Positions 18,686-27,414 of a stretch of 37,178 bases of DNA are shown here, in pieces. This stretch comes from a virus (taxonomy: Duplodnaviria; Caudoviricetes). The position numbers and the translations under genes were made by a program. Within the stretch, counting starts at the first letter, position 1. The number at the start of each line of letters is the position of its first letter. The stretch is from IMG/VR virus record IMGVR_UViG_3300012855_000006, positions 1-37,178 of that record; one strand, written 5' to 3'. The notes under the pieces are model-generated. The model made no database searches. It had not been told where the DNA came from and worked only from the letters and a program-made list of their open reading frames with translations.

Positions 18686-18715
18686 ATCATGGGCGAAGCC
18701 CATGGCATGTGTCAA
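18686..18715 (-). promoter_or_regulatory. Putative late promoter (pR'-like)
   Basis: TTGACA-N18-CATGAT just downstream of the NusG-like gene; inverted repeat CATGGGC-N3-GCCCATG (18688-18704) overlaps the spacer and -10. Confidence 0.55.
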
Positions 18716-18726
18716 GACTGATACGG

Positions 18727-19362
18727 TCACGCACACCGCTCCAACATCTCAAACGGGATCTTCAGCGGGCCGCTCTGCGTGTCGAACTCGGCATACCCGC
18801 CGCGGGTGGCGATGATCTGGCCCGAGAAGCTGGACAGCGCTCCCACGCCCATCGTCATTTCAGAGGGGTAGAACACCTCGCAGAAGGCAGCCTCTTCTTC
18901 TTCGCGGTCACGCCCCTTGAACAGCGGCGTCGTGCTGGCACGCATGACCGTCTCCACCGCCTTGGACTGCAAGCGATAGGGATTGCCGAACGGATCAGCG
19001 ATATAGCCCGTCAGAAAGCTCACAGGTGCCAAGGCGTGCCAGGGCAGCCCTCCCCACACTTCGGGAACACCGATGAACAGATACCGCGGATAAGCGCTGA
19101 CCTCGATTTCACGATAGGGCCGCTCACCCTTGCGATGGCGGGGCTTCTTGATGGTGCGCGTGCTGCGAGGGGTGAACACGAACACGCCCGGAATCATCTC
19201 CGCAATCACCTTCTCGGCGCGGATTTCACATTGCGGCTTCGTGGCCAGCACAAACCAGATCAGGGACTCGCACAGCTCGATTTCGCGCTCAGTGATCTTC
19301 AACCGGCGCTTGGGCTGGCGCAGGCGGGCGGCGGCGCGCTGCTCTCCACGGGTCTTAGCCAT
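18727..19362 (-). CDS. NusG-family transcription antiterminator (occupies the lambda Q position)
   Basis: NGN domain WFVLATKPQCE.RA...YPRYLFI; degenerate KOW GALSSFSGQI; start MAKTRG overlaps the upstream stop. Confidence 0.85.
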   Translation of the reverse strand: MAKTRGEQRAAARLRQPKRRLKITEREIELCESLIWFVLATKPQCEIRAEKVIAEMIPGVFVFTPRSTRTIKKPRHRKGERPYREIEVSAYPRYLFIGVPEVWGGLPWHALAPVSFLTGYIADPFGNPYRLQSKAVETVMRASTTPLFKGRDREEEEAAFCEVFYPSEMTMGVGALSSFSGQIIATRGGYAEFDTQSGPLKIPFEMLERCA

Positions 19363-19972
19363 TCTGGGCGGCCTCCGTGGTGGTGAAGTTTTCAGGATCG
19401 GTGAGAAAGTTGTCTGACGGCCAGGTCGCAAAGTGCGGCACGGCACGCGCGTTGATCTCCTGTGACTCACTCTCACGCACCACCAGCGCGGGCCGGTCAT
19501 CCATCTCGGGATAGTGCCGCCAGTAATGCGCCAGCATGACGAGGTTGCAGCCGATCGCGCCCAGATGCGGAACCCCGCTCTCAGGGTCATTGTGCTCACC
19601 GTCGATGATCGCCAGCGCATGGCGCTTGATGCAGGCGATGGGCACAGACCACGCCATGCCCTTCGCCCAGTTGAACGGGGCATACTTCCCAGCGCCGAAC
19701 TTGAACTGAGCGATGGCATGGCCCCATGCGGTCTGCCAGTCCTCACCCTCAAGCAACGCCCAGATGCGGGCAATATCGTCCTCCGCGCCGCCCTCTTCAA
19801 ACGCACCCAGCGCATCAAGAACACGGCGTGCAAGACGGGCGCTCTCGGGCAAATCCTCACGCGCCGTCAGGATCGCCAGAACACGGGCCGGCACATACTC
19901 CATCGCCAGCTTGCCTTCGTTGAACCTGGCGCCCGATCCGCGCGCCGCGCTGCTCACATCTCCAATGCTCAT
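19355..19972 (-). CDS. dATP/dGTP diphosphohydrolase-domain protein (DUF5664-like)
   Basis: GARFNEGK, FGAGKYAPFNWAKGM, RH...GE..DPESGVPHLGAIGCN. Confidence 0.8.
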   Translation of the reverse strand: MSIGDVSSAARGSGARFNEGKLAMEYVPARVLAILTAREDLPESARLARRVLDALGAFEEGGAEDDIARIWALLEGEDWQTAWGHAIAQFKFGAGKYAPFNWAKGMAWSVPIACIKRHALAIIDGEHNDPESGVPHLGAIGCNLVMLAHYWRHYPEMDDRPALVVRESESQEINARAVPHFATWPSDNFLTDPENFTTTEAAQNG

Positions 19973-19974
19973 CC

Positions 19975-20181
19975 CTAGCTCCATGTCTTCACGCGTCCGC
20001 GCGGTCCTGAAATCAGCTCGCCACCGCCCGAAACGGCCCTGCCCCACCCGAGACGCCACGCCTCGTAAGCGCGCTGCCTGTCGGCATCTGAAAGCCCAGC
20101 GCGGGCCACTTCAGCGGTGAACGCGTCATGTGTTGGAAAATCCCGGCCAGCATGGGCCAAGGCGAATTGCTCGAAGGTCAT
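19975..20181 (-). CDS. Hypothetical protein
   Basis: 68 aa, ATGA-coupled to the initiator stop. Confidence 0.6.
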   Translation of the reverse strand: MTFEQFALAHAGRDFPTHDAFTAEVARAGLSDADRQRAYEAWRLGWGRAVSGGGELISGPRGRVKTWS

Positions 20182-21044
20182 GCCGCACCCCCCTCACGCT
20201 TGGCGAAGCCGAACTCATCCAGCACGCTCTGCGGCGCGAGGCAGCCGTCTCGATCCGGGCGCGGTCCAGGCCCGGCCCAGTCGCCCTTGCGGTGGAAATA
20301 CCCGACATAGCTGCGCCACTGGGCGTGACTAAGGGCCGCCGGATCGGCGGGGCTGTCCACATACGGGGCTTCTGGTGGGGCGTATTGGTCCACCAGGGCC
20401 GGATCGGCCAACCAGTTCCCCAGCGCCTTGGGCTTGGTGTCCTGCTTGCGTATGGCGGCGGCATAGTTCCGGGCCGCGCAGATCAACCGCTCCACCGATC
20501 TCAGGCGAGCCACATGGCGACCCAGCGCGATCGGCAGGCTCGACCGGGCGAAGTTCACCTTCCCCGCTTCCGGGTACGCCTCCCAGAAACGGTCACAAGC
20601 CCTCTGGTCCAGAACGTCACGCGCGCTCTGATCTGGTTTATTATTTGGTTTTATATCTGGTATTGGTTTGCGATTTTTCGCAGATGGATTTGCGATTTCT
20701 GACAAATCGGTTTGCGATTTTTCGCAGTCCATTTGCGATTTTTCACAAATGAGGCAGGACGGGGAATACCACTTGGTGCGGTCGGCCCCCATCTTGTTGA
20801 AAATGCCGGACACGATCAGGCCAACATCCTCGAGCTTGCCCAGCGCCGTCCTGATCTGGCTCTCGCTCAGATACGGGAACAGCTGCTTGAAAGCCGCGAT
20901 GGAGTTATAGGTCCAATAGCGCCCGTCATAGAAGTGCTTGTCATTGGCCGCGTTCTTCTCTGTCCAGTACACGATGTTCTGGTAGATCACGGCGGCGTTC
21001 ACGCCCACGGTGGCGGCAATGTCAGGGTCGAAGCTATGCCTCAT
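20178..21044 (-). CDS. Phage replication initiator (winged-HTH, O-analogue)
   Basis: MRHSFD..IA..VGVNAAVI...DGRYWTYNS...FPYLS..QIR.AL.KL...DRTKWY N-domain; C-domain FWEAYP; carries internal iterons. Confidence 0.85.
   Translation of the reverse strand: MRHSFDPDIAATVGVNAAVIYQNIVYWTEKNAANDKHFYDGRYWTYNSIAAFKQLFPYLSESQIRTALGKLEDVGLIVSGIFNKMGADRTKWYSPSCLICEKSQMDCEKSQTDLSEIANPSAKNRKPIPDIKPNNKPDQSARDVLDQRACDRFWEAYPEAGKVNFARSSLPIALGRHVARLRSVERLICAARNYAAAIRKQDTKPKALGNWLADPALVDQYAPPEAPYVDSPADPAALSHAQWRSYVGYFHRKGDWAGPGPRPDRDGCLAPQSVLDEFGFAKREGGAA
20632..20749. repeat. Replication origin: four iterons plus an AT-rich tract
   Basis: TTTGCGA-N4-TCGCAGA-like dyads starting at 20667, 20689, 20711 and 20732 (spacing 22, 22, 21 bp), next to AT-rich 20632-20666. 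Confidence 0.85.
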
Positions 21045-21552
21045 CTTCGCCCCTCCACTCAGCCATAGTCTTCGCGCCCTTGGAGACGTTGCAGCGCGCG
21101 CACAGCACCTGCAGGTTATCCACCTCGTCGCCGCCTCCACGGCTTACTGGATGAACGTGATCGATGTGCAGTGGGCCTTCAGAGCCGCACACGACGCAGC
21201 AATGCCCATCGCGGTCCATCACCTCTCGACGGACGGCCGCGGGCAGCTTTGGCCGTAAAATTGCGGGAGGCTGGGCTAACTGCTCGTCCCTGTATTCCAG
21301 GGTGCAGACGAAACCCTCATAGCCCCATGCGAAGTCCCTGATACGGCCCCTCCGGACCAACGCCGTGATGGCGTGTCGCACCTCATCAATGGTGCAGCCG
21401 CAGAACGCTGCTAGGTCGTGATATTTGGTGAAAAGCGTCTCACCCTCATCGTCCGGATACCCGACCCAAGAGTCAGACAGCTTCATCATGATGAGCTTCT
21501 CTATGGGCGGCAGGTTCATCTGCCACGCAGCGAAGAAGGCCTGATGGCTCAT
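21034..21552 (-). CDS. HTH + HNH endonuclease fusion
   Basis: N-terminal wHTH (EKLIMMKLSD...LAAFCGCT...AITALVRRG); C-terminal RD..CCVVCG...HIDHVHPVSRGG...NLQVLCARCN.SKG. Confidence 0.85.
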   Translation of the reverse strand: MSHQAFFAAWQMNLPPIEKLIMMKLSDSWVGYPDDEGETLFTKYHDLAAFCGCTIDEVRHAITALVRRGRIRDFAWGYEGFVCTLEYRDEQLAQPPAILRPKLPAAVRREVMDRDGHCCVVCGSEGPLHIDHVHPVSRGGGDEVDNLQVLCARCNVSKGAKTMAEWRGEDEA

Positions 21553-23027
21553 TGCCCGTCCCTCCGGTCTTGATCTGAGAATTTCGTGGTGTTGGCGTCA
21601 AAGTGCAGCTTGACCGCCCCAATAGGGCCATGGCGCTGCTTGCCGATGATCACCTCGGCCTCATTGGCCACCCGGCGCATATCGTCTTCCCAGGCGATAT
21701 GTTCAGGCGATCCGACGCTCTTCGGCTCCAGTCGTTCGAGGTAATAGGCCTCGCGATAGCAGAACAGCACCACATCGGCGTCCTGCTCGATGGATCCGGA
21801 CTCCCGCAGGTCCGACAGTTGCGGGCGCTTGTCGTCCCGGTTCTCCACCTGACGAGACAGCTGGGACAGCGCCAGCACCGGAACGTCCAGCTCCTTGGCC
21901 AACGCCTTCAACGCCTGGGTGATGGCGGAGACTTCCTGCACCCGTTGCCCGGCATAGCCCGCACAGGTCACCAGCTGGATGTAATCCACCACGATCAGGT
22001 CAAGGCCGTGCATGCGCTTGGTGCGCCGCGCACGGGCGCACAGCTGGCCGATGGGCAGGCCGCCCTGATCATCGATCCACAGCGGGGCGTGCTCGATCTC
22101 GCGCCCCGCTTCGTGCAGGGCTTGCAGCTGATCCCGGTCCAGTCGGCCCCGGCGCTGGTCATGCGTGCTGATGCCCGATCGGTCGGCTAGAATGCGGCCC
22201 GTCAGCTGCTCATGGCTCATCTCAAGGCTGAAGAACAGAGCGCGGCCGCCGGCCTTCACCACCTCTTGACCCTCGCCGTCCATCTCGGCGTAGAATTTCA
22301 GGGCCAGACTGGCCGCAATGTTCGTGGCCAGCGCGGTTTTGCCCATGCTGGGCCGACCGGCCAGGATGATCAGATCAGACGGGCACAAACCGCCAAGACG
22401 GTTATCAAGGTCCATCAGACCCGTGGACAGGCCCGCCAGACCCCGGCCCGACTTCACCGACGCGTCCACACGGTCCAGCTGGGCGCGCACCGAATCCAGA
22501 AAGCTCACCGGACCCTTGCGGGCGGCGGGCGTCTTCTCAGCCAGCGCGAAGATGGCGCCCTCATGCGCTTCGAGCACGTCATCGGCGCTCTGATCGTCTT
22601 CAGGGCGGCGGGCCGATACGATCAGCCCCTCACCGGCTGCAATCAGCGCTCGGCGCTTGGCCAGATCATGAACCTGCCGGGCGTACTCGGGCGCTGAACG
22701 CGCCTCGGCGCGCTCATACATCAGATCGGCCAGATACCGGACGCCGCCCACCTGAGCGATGCCTTCATCACTGGCGAACCGGTCTTTCAGCGTCACTGCG
22801 TCCGCCAGACTCCCCGCGCCGATCAACCGCGCGCATTCGGCATAGATGCGGCCGTGAAGCGGATCGTAAAAGTCCTCAGCGGTCAGGAACGCCGAGACGG
22901 ACCAATAAACCTCGTTCTCAAACAGCAACGCGCCCAGAAAGGCCTGCTCCGCTTCAATATTGCTGGGCGGCGCGTAGGCGTCGTCATCCAGGGGATGGGC
23001 CGGGTTGTAATCATCATGATCCAGCAT
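21549..23027 (-). CDS. dnaB: Replicative DNA helicase DnaB
   Basis: P.NIEAEQA.LG, LAGRPSMGKT, FSLEMS, VVDYIQL, LSQLSR.VE.R.DKRPQLSDLRESGSIEQDAD, KQRHGP. Confidence 0.97.
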   Translation of the reverse strand: MLDHDDYNPAHPLDDDAYAPPSNIEAEQAFLGALLFENEVYWSVSAFLTAEDFYDPLHGRIYAECARLIGAGSLADAVTLKDRFASDEGIAQVGGVRYLADLMYERAEARSAPEYARQVHDLAKRRALIAAGEGLIVSARRPEDDQSADDVLEAHEGAIFALAEKTPAARKGPVSFLDSVRAQLDRVDASVKSGRGLAGLSTGLMDLDNRLGGLCPSDLIILAGRPSMGKTALATNIAASLALKFYAEMDGEGQEVVKAGGRALFFSLEMSHEQLTGRILADRSGISTHDQRRGRLDRDQLQALHEAGREIEHAPLWIDDQGGLPIGQLCARARRTKRMHGLDLIVVDYIQLVTCAGYAGQRVQEVSAITQALKALAKELDVPVLALSQLSRQVENRDDKRPQLSDLRESGSIEQDADVVLFCYREAYYLERLEPKSVGSPEHIAWEDDMRRVANEAEVIIGKQRHGPIGAVKLHFDANTTKFSDQDRRDGQ

Positions 23028-23338
23028 CAGCCGCCCACCTCTGACAGAAGTGAAACGGCGGCGCGGCGATATCCTTCCAGCATGAGCTGACGATCTTTCG
23101 GTGTCTCATAATCCGCAAGGGCGGCCTGAAGATCGGCCAGCGCCAACGCTTCCATCTCACTGATGTTCGCGCGCGGTCCTGCCTTGGTCTGGGTGCGAAT
23201 CTTCAGGTCTCGATTGATTTGCGAGACATAAGATGGAGACACGCCCGCAATCCTGCCGATTTCTTCCATGGACTTGGACGGAGAGAAGCGCAGATGCCGC
23301 GTCACGAAGTCGATCTTGCGGGTGGAGCTCGCAATCAT
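23027..23338 (-). CDS. HTH-containing hypothetical protein
   Basis: SMEEIGRIAGVSPSYVSQI; coupled to both neighbours. Confidence 0.7.
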   Translation of the reverse strand: MIASSTRKIDFVTRHLRFSPSKSMEEIGRIAGVSPSYVSQINRDLKIRTQTKAGPRANISEMEALALADLQAALADYETPKDRQLMLEGYRRAAVSLLSEVGG

Positions 23339-23523
23339 GCCGCGCTCCCTTCGTTGATGTATTCAAAATCCTCGATGACGGCGCGCACATCGGCCTCGGC
23401 GTAACCCAGCGCCTTGTGGGTCTCGATCACGGCCTGGGCATACTCATGGCCATGGGCGCGGCAGGCCTGATAGACCTCAAGAACCCGCTCCCATTGGGCG
23501 GTGGTCAGGGAGTGCTTAGCCAT
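23335..23523 (-). CDS. Hypothetical protein
   Basis: MAKHSLTTAQW..., GAGGGG RBS, coupled. Confidence 0.6.
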   Translation of the reverse strand: MAKHSLTTAQWERVLEVYQACRAHGHEYAQAVIETHKALGYAEADVRAVIEDFEYINEGSAA

Positions 23524-23719
23524 GCGCGCCCCTCTCGATCTCCCGCATGGCGGCACGATCCAGAGCGGGAAGCTCAGCGAGGGACCGGCTCAGCTTCGTG
23601 CAGCGGCGCAGGGCGTCATGGCAGCGCTCGTAATTGCGGCCCAACATGATCTGCTTGTGGCCTCGGCTGGCGTTGTCGACACGGCGCTTGGCTTCGATGG
23701 GGTCGAAATGATCGGTCAT
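23516..23719 (-). CDS. Hypothetical protein
   Basis: 67 aa, GGAG RBS, ATGA overlap. Confidence 0.6.
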   Translation of the reverse strand: MTDHFDPIEAKRRVDNASRGHKQIMLGRNYERCHDALRRCTKLSRSLAELPALDRAAMREIERGAHG

Positions 23720-24018
23720 GCGGGATCTCCGTCATTATCAACGGCGAGGGTCGGGCCGGTTGGAAGGTCGTGGGGGCGCTTGATGCCGAGGGCGTCCGCC
23801 ACGGCATTCTCGGCGGCGGGCATGTCGCCCAGCCGCCCTATGCGCTTATCTCCAAGGATGGCGCTCAGTTCCTCGGGGGTGATGGTCTTGATCCGGGGCG
23901 CGTAGAACTCATCGCGCGGGATGTGCGGACACCAAGTCATGACCTCGACGTCCAGGCTATCCGCGATCAGGGAGTAGCTGCCGTCTTCGTCGTACTTCAG
24001 GAGAATGCGAACAGCCAT
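23716..24018 (-). CDS. Hypothetical protein
   Basis: MAVRILLKYDEDG..., GGAGG RBS, TGATG overlap with the HNH gene. Confidence 0.6.
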   Translation of the reverse strand: MAVRILLKYDEDGSYSLIADSLDVEVMTWCPHIPRDEFYAPRIKTITPEELSAILGDKRIGRLGDMPAAENAVADALGIKRPHDLPTGPTLAVDNDGDPA

Positions 24019-24533
24019 CACACCCCCTCCCGCCGCACGGTCTTGCCGCCCAGCGGTGTCTTGAAGGGGCCGTTGCGGCCATTCTGAAAGCCTCGGCTTT
24101 CGATCCGGTGCTTCGCCTTGGCGGGCGTCTCGCCAGCCGCGACAAGGATCTTCTCGACCGGGCCGTGCTTCTTCTGCATCCGCACGCACCAGGCCGCATC
24201 GCCCGTATCGCGCTCATTGCCCTTTTTCAGATTGCAGCGGCAGTGCGCGCCGTAGACATTGCCCGGCACATGGCCGCCGCCCACGCCGATCGGGATTTCA
24301 TGTTCAAGGCTGATGGCGAGGCTTTCATGGGTCTTGCCATTCTCGACGATCAGCTCAGGGTCCATCACCTCGCCACAGATGCAGCACGCCCAGTTCTGCG
24401 CTTGCAGAACGGCGATGAAGTCCACCGGGGCCACCGGCACACCAGCCTTGCGGGCGCGGGCGCGGTTGGACTTCTCAAGGCGCTTCAGGCGCTTGATGGC
24501 GGCGGGGGAGAGGTCAAGCGTTAGGGCCGTCAT
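24018..24533 (-). CDS. HNH endonuclease
   Basis: CCICG...SLEHEIPIGVGGGH..GNV...HCRCNLKKG. Confidence 0.85.
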   Translation of the reverse strand: MTALTLDLSPAAIKRLKRLEKSNRARARKAGVPVAPVDFIAVLQAQNWACCICGEVMDPELIVENGKTHESLAISLEHEIPIGVGGGHVPGNVYGAHCRCNLKKGNERDTGDAAWCVRMQKKHGPVEKILVAAGETPAKAKHRIESRGFQNGRNGPFKTPLGGKTVRREGV

Positions 24534-24967
24534 GACGCGGCCTCGCTTTCGCGGGGTGCGGTGGCCTCATCTAGCGGGTGAAGGCCGAAGCCGGGTTCAT
24601 ACCCCTCCGGCATAACCCACAAATGGTACATGTCGGCCTGATCGATGATGCGCTCATGGGGTGGGCAAACCTGAAAGGCAAAGCGGCCTTTATAGCCAAG
24701 CTCATCTTTAATCCGCTGCAGGTCGCGCCAAGGCGGCTCGGCGTTAGACGCGGTACGGATTGCTAGGTGGTGAACCCCGCTTTTCAGAGGGCGCAGGAGA
24801 ACCACATAGGCATCATTGCGGGCGGCGGACACAATCTCACGGACCCAGCCTGCTTTGCCTGCTGTTCCCGTGGAGAAATGCGTGTATTCCCACTTGCCCC
24901 ACTTGCCCGTTTTGCGGGCGCTGCGCTCAAGATGCTTGGCGCGGCGCATCTGCGCTCGGTTAGTCAT
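24530..24967 (-). CDS. Conserved phage protein
   Basis: HLAIR...WRDLQRIKDEL...P....IDQADMYHLW motif, recognised as recurrent in phages. Confidence 0.7.
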   Translation of the reverse strand: MTNRAQMRRAKHLERSARKTGKWGKWEYTHFSTGTAGKAGWVREIVSAARNDAYVVLLRPLKSGVHHLAIRTASNAEPPWRDLQRIKDELGYKGRFAFQVCPPHERIIDQADMYHLWVMPEGYEPGFGLHPLDEATAPRESEAAS

Positions 24968-24976
24968 CTCCGCCCC

Positions 24977-25414
24977 CTATTCCGCAGCGAGTGAGGGGGC
25001 AGTATCCACCCCCAGCAGGGCGCGTTCCGCGGCGTCGGCGGCGGCGCGAAGCTCTGCGATCGATTGCATCAGGGCGCGGCGCTCGGTTTCATCGATCCGT
25101 CCGTCCGCCATCGCGTCCATCACCTGCGCGGGCAGTGAGCCAGCGCTGCGGCACGCCTCGGCGGCGCTACACAACAGCCCCTGCACCGGCCCGTTCGGCG
25201 GCGTCACCAGATTGCTGATCGCATCCGAATAGCTCGACACCCCCAGCGCGCATTGCAGGCTGGTCAGATGCCAGGCGCTCATCGTGCCGTTGCCATTGAG
25301 CCAGCGCGACACGGCGGACGTGTCCGCCAGGCCAAGGATTTCAGCGGTCGGCTGGGCGCCGCCAGCGGCGTTGACGATCTGGCGCGTCTGCGCCCGGTGA
25401 AAGGTCGGGGTCAT
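24977..25414 (-). CDS. CII-like regulatory protein
   Basis: IVNAAGG...AEILG..SAVSRW HTH; C-terminal AMADGRIDETER; downstream of cro. Confidence 0.65.
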   Translation of the reverse strand: MTPTFHRAQTRQIVNAAGGAQPTAEILGLADTSAVSRWLNGNGTMSAWHLTSLQCALGVSSYSDAISNLVTPPNGPVQGLLCSAAEACRSAGSLPAQVMDAMADGRIDETERRALMQSIAELRAAADAAERALLGVDTAPSLAAE

Positions 25415-25491
25415 GCAAACGCTCCCGTGATTTTTGCGTGGCGGACAGAGCGCGCGGCGGCGAGAATCGCCCCGCCAGAAAGGAGGCCGCG

Positions 25492-25662
25492 ATGAACACA
25501 CAGCCCAGCGCCCGCGAACTGCGCGCCGAAAGCGTCCGCCTGATGCGTCAGGCCGTAGAGCTCGAGATCCGGGCGCGAGAGATGGACGCGGCACAGTGCG
25601 CGCGCCGCGGGGCGGCGCCAGTCCGCCCGCACCTCAAGCTTGTCAGTGAGGCTCAGTCTTGA
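25492..25662 (+). CDS. Small protein antisense to the early-right operon
   Basis: AAGGAGG RBS; MNTQPSARELRAESVRLMRQA...RPHLKLVSEAQS. Confidence 0.55.
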   Translation: MNTQPSARELRAESVRLMRQAVELEIRAREMDAAQCARRGAAPVRPHLKLVSEAQS

Positions 25663-26141
25663 GGGGCGATAGCCATCCGCGCTGCCCGGCGAAGGCGACC
25701 CAGCGCGACCTGCCCGCAGAGGGCGAGCGCCGCGCATACGAGGCCCCAGCCCAGCGCCAGTGCGAAGCCGGTCTTGACGTCGATCGGCAGGGCGATGCCC
25801 GCCCGCTCCCCGGCGAATCCGCACAGGGTCAACAGCACAGTCAGAATGGCCATGATCAGCGTGGTCACCTGAAACGGGATACCCACGGCCAGCAGGCGCG
25901 AACGCCAGGCGCCCAGCGCGGCCCGGCGCTTCAGATGCACCGACAGGGCGTAAACCCCGTCCGTGTACAGCCAGAACAGATACGCCAGCGCCACACAGCA
26001 CAGCGCCGCCGCGAACAGCGGCGCGCCCGCCCCCGTCCCGGTCACAAGTCCTGCGCCCGGCAGGGCCGCAATCGCGCCCAGACCGGCCAGAATGCGCTGG
26101 CCCTCGGCCTGCTTGAACTCGGCATCCGTCATGTCCGTCAT
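25653..26141 (-). CDS. Multi-pass membrane protein
   Basis: About four hydrophobic segments; GGAG upstream of MTDMTD. Confidence 0.6.
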   Translation of the reverse strand: MTDMTDAEFKQAEGQRILAGLGAIAALPGAGLVTGTGAGAPLFAAALCCVALAYLFWLYTDGVYALSVHLKRRAALGAWRSRLLAVGIPFQVTTLIMAILTVLLTLCGFAGERAGIALPIDVKTGFALALGWGLVCAALALCGQVALGRLRRAARMAIAPQD

Positions 26142-26183
26142 GATGGAAGGACTCCGCATTAAGGGGAAGTGAGGATGAGCGGG

Positions 26184-26432
26184 TCATGCGACTTCACTCT
26201 CAGACGAAGAGGGTCTGTCGATTTTCTCGGGCCAGCACGCGTTGGCAGGCCAGTTGTCACTGAACCACTGAAGTGCGCAGGCGGCGCGCTTGGTTTGAAG
26301 ATCGCCGCCATTCTCAAGCGCGCGAAGCTTCTTCGTGTCGCCAAACACTCGCCAGCTGACCGTAGTCAATCCGACCTTTTCGGCCTTCGCATAGACGCGC
26401 GATAACGACAGGAGGTTCTCGATGATGCTCAT
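26184..26432 (-). CDS. cro: Cro-like regulator
   Basis: TTVSWRVFGDTKKL..L..GGDL.T......QWFSDNWP....WP..I.RP, the alphaproteobacterial Cro-position family; divergent from cI. Alternative start at 26441. Confidence 0.8.
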   Translation of the reverse strand: MSIIENLLSLSRVYAKAEKVGLTTVSWRVFGDTKKLRALENGGDLQTKRAACALQWFSDNWPANACWPEKIDRPSSSESEVA

Positions 26433-26444
26433 GACGAACATAAA

Positions 26445-26484
26445 GCGGTATTTTTACCGCCTTCGTCAACGGTTTTATTACCGG
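26445..26484. promoter_or_regulatory. OR: two operators overlapping pR
   Basis: GCGGTATTTTTACCGC (26445-26460) and ACGGTTTTATTACCGG (26469-26484); minus-strand -35 TTGACG at 26464-26469. Confidence 0.85.
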
Positions 26485-26519
26485 TGGCGCATCATCTTTG
26501 CCAGTTAGATATTCCGCGC

Positions 26520-27281
26520 ATGATGAAAGACGTCCTTGAACGCATAGAACAACGCCTGAAGGCGGTCGGCAAAAGCGCGCAGGCAGCTTCTCTTGAGGCT
26601 GGCTTGAGCAAGGATGCGATCCGCAATATGCGCCGCGCCGCCAAAGAACCTACAAGGGCTGGCGTGTCCACGCGGACAATAGAACAGTTGGCTGACGTGC
26701 TCGATGCACCGGTCGGATGGCTGCTCACTGGTGACGGCCCTGGTCCGGGTGATGAACCTGTCAAACATAATCGCGATCACGGTAAAGCATTGATTGAGGT
26801 GCATTCTTCCGGCGAGATACCCGTCATTGGCGAAATCGCCGCCGGAGTTTGGCAAGAGGCAATCGAGATGCTTGATACCGGGGAATCCATTCCCTTCATC
26901 CCGCACCCCCGCTTCCCCAAGGATGCCCAGCTCGCTCTGCGCGTGCGCGGCGACAGCTGCGACCTCATCGCTCAGCCGGGCGCCTATGTGAACACCGTGC
27001 CGCTCGAAATGGCCCTGCCCGTTGACGGCCTGGAAGGCCTGCTCAGGGAGTTCGAGGCCAAGGGACGCGACCTGATTGTTGTGGCCGAACGCCTGCGGGG
27101 CGGCCTTGTTGAAGCCACGCTGAAGGCCCTGGTGCGCGATCGCGCCGGCTATGCGCTCGAGGCGCGCTCATCCAACCCCAAATGGGCCGGCAAGATCCCG
27201 CTGACCGATGACATGCTCCGCGACGGCGATGAAACCCGCATCGCCCGGGTCATGATCGGCAAGTACGAGGTGATGCTCTAG
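26520..27281 (+). CDS. cI: CI-like repressor (XRE HTH + S24 autopeptidase)
   Basis: HTH (SAQAASLEAGLSKDAIRNM...LADVLDAPVGWLLTG); IPVIGEIAAG cleavage-type site; ALRVRGDS (Ser) and EATLK (Lys). No SD, possibly leaderless. Confidence 0.92.
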   Translation: MMKDVLERIEQRLKAVGKSAQAASLEAGLSKDAIRNMRRAAKEPTRAGVSTRTIEQLADVLDAPVGWLLTGDGPGPGDEPVKHNRDHGKALIEVHSSGEIPVIGEIAAGVWQEAIEMLDTGESIPFIPHPRFPKDAQLALRVRGDSCDLIAQPGAYVNTVPLEMALPVDGLEGLLREFEAKGRDLIVVAERLRGGLVEATLKALVRDRAGYALEARSSNPKWAGKIPLTDDMLRDGDETRIARVMIGKYEVML

Positions 27282-27392
27282 GCGCCAACGCGGGAATATG
27301 TAAGCTTTTCTCACCCATTTGGGGAAAAGCTAGATAATGCGACACATCGACAACATCACGCGCATTTCATCCACGCCCTATTTACGACACGG

Positions 27393-27414
27393 TTGTTACC
27401 TTATATGTCAACAA
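27393..27414 (+). promoter_or_regulatory. Imperfect palindrome over the start codon of the RelE-like gene (autoregulatory operator)
   Basis: TTGTTACCTTATATGTCAACAA (TTGTT-N12-AACAA) contains the ATG at 27405. Confidence 0.55.

Noticed and set aside
19363-19860. N-terminal 166 aa of the 377-aa ORF 18727..19860
   Set aside because: Overlaps the diphosphohydrolase gene in another frame; the NusG-like protein plausibly starts at 19362.
20667-20749. Regularly spaced repeats as a possible CRISPR array
   Set aside because: Spacers are only 3-4 nt and the repeats lie inside the initiator gene; they fit iterons.
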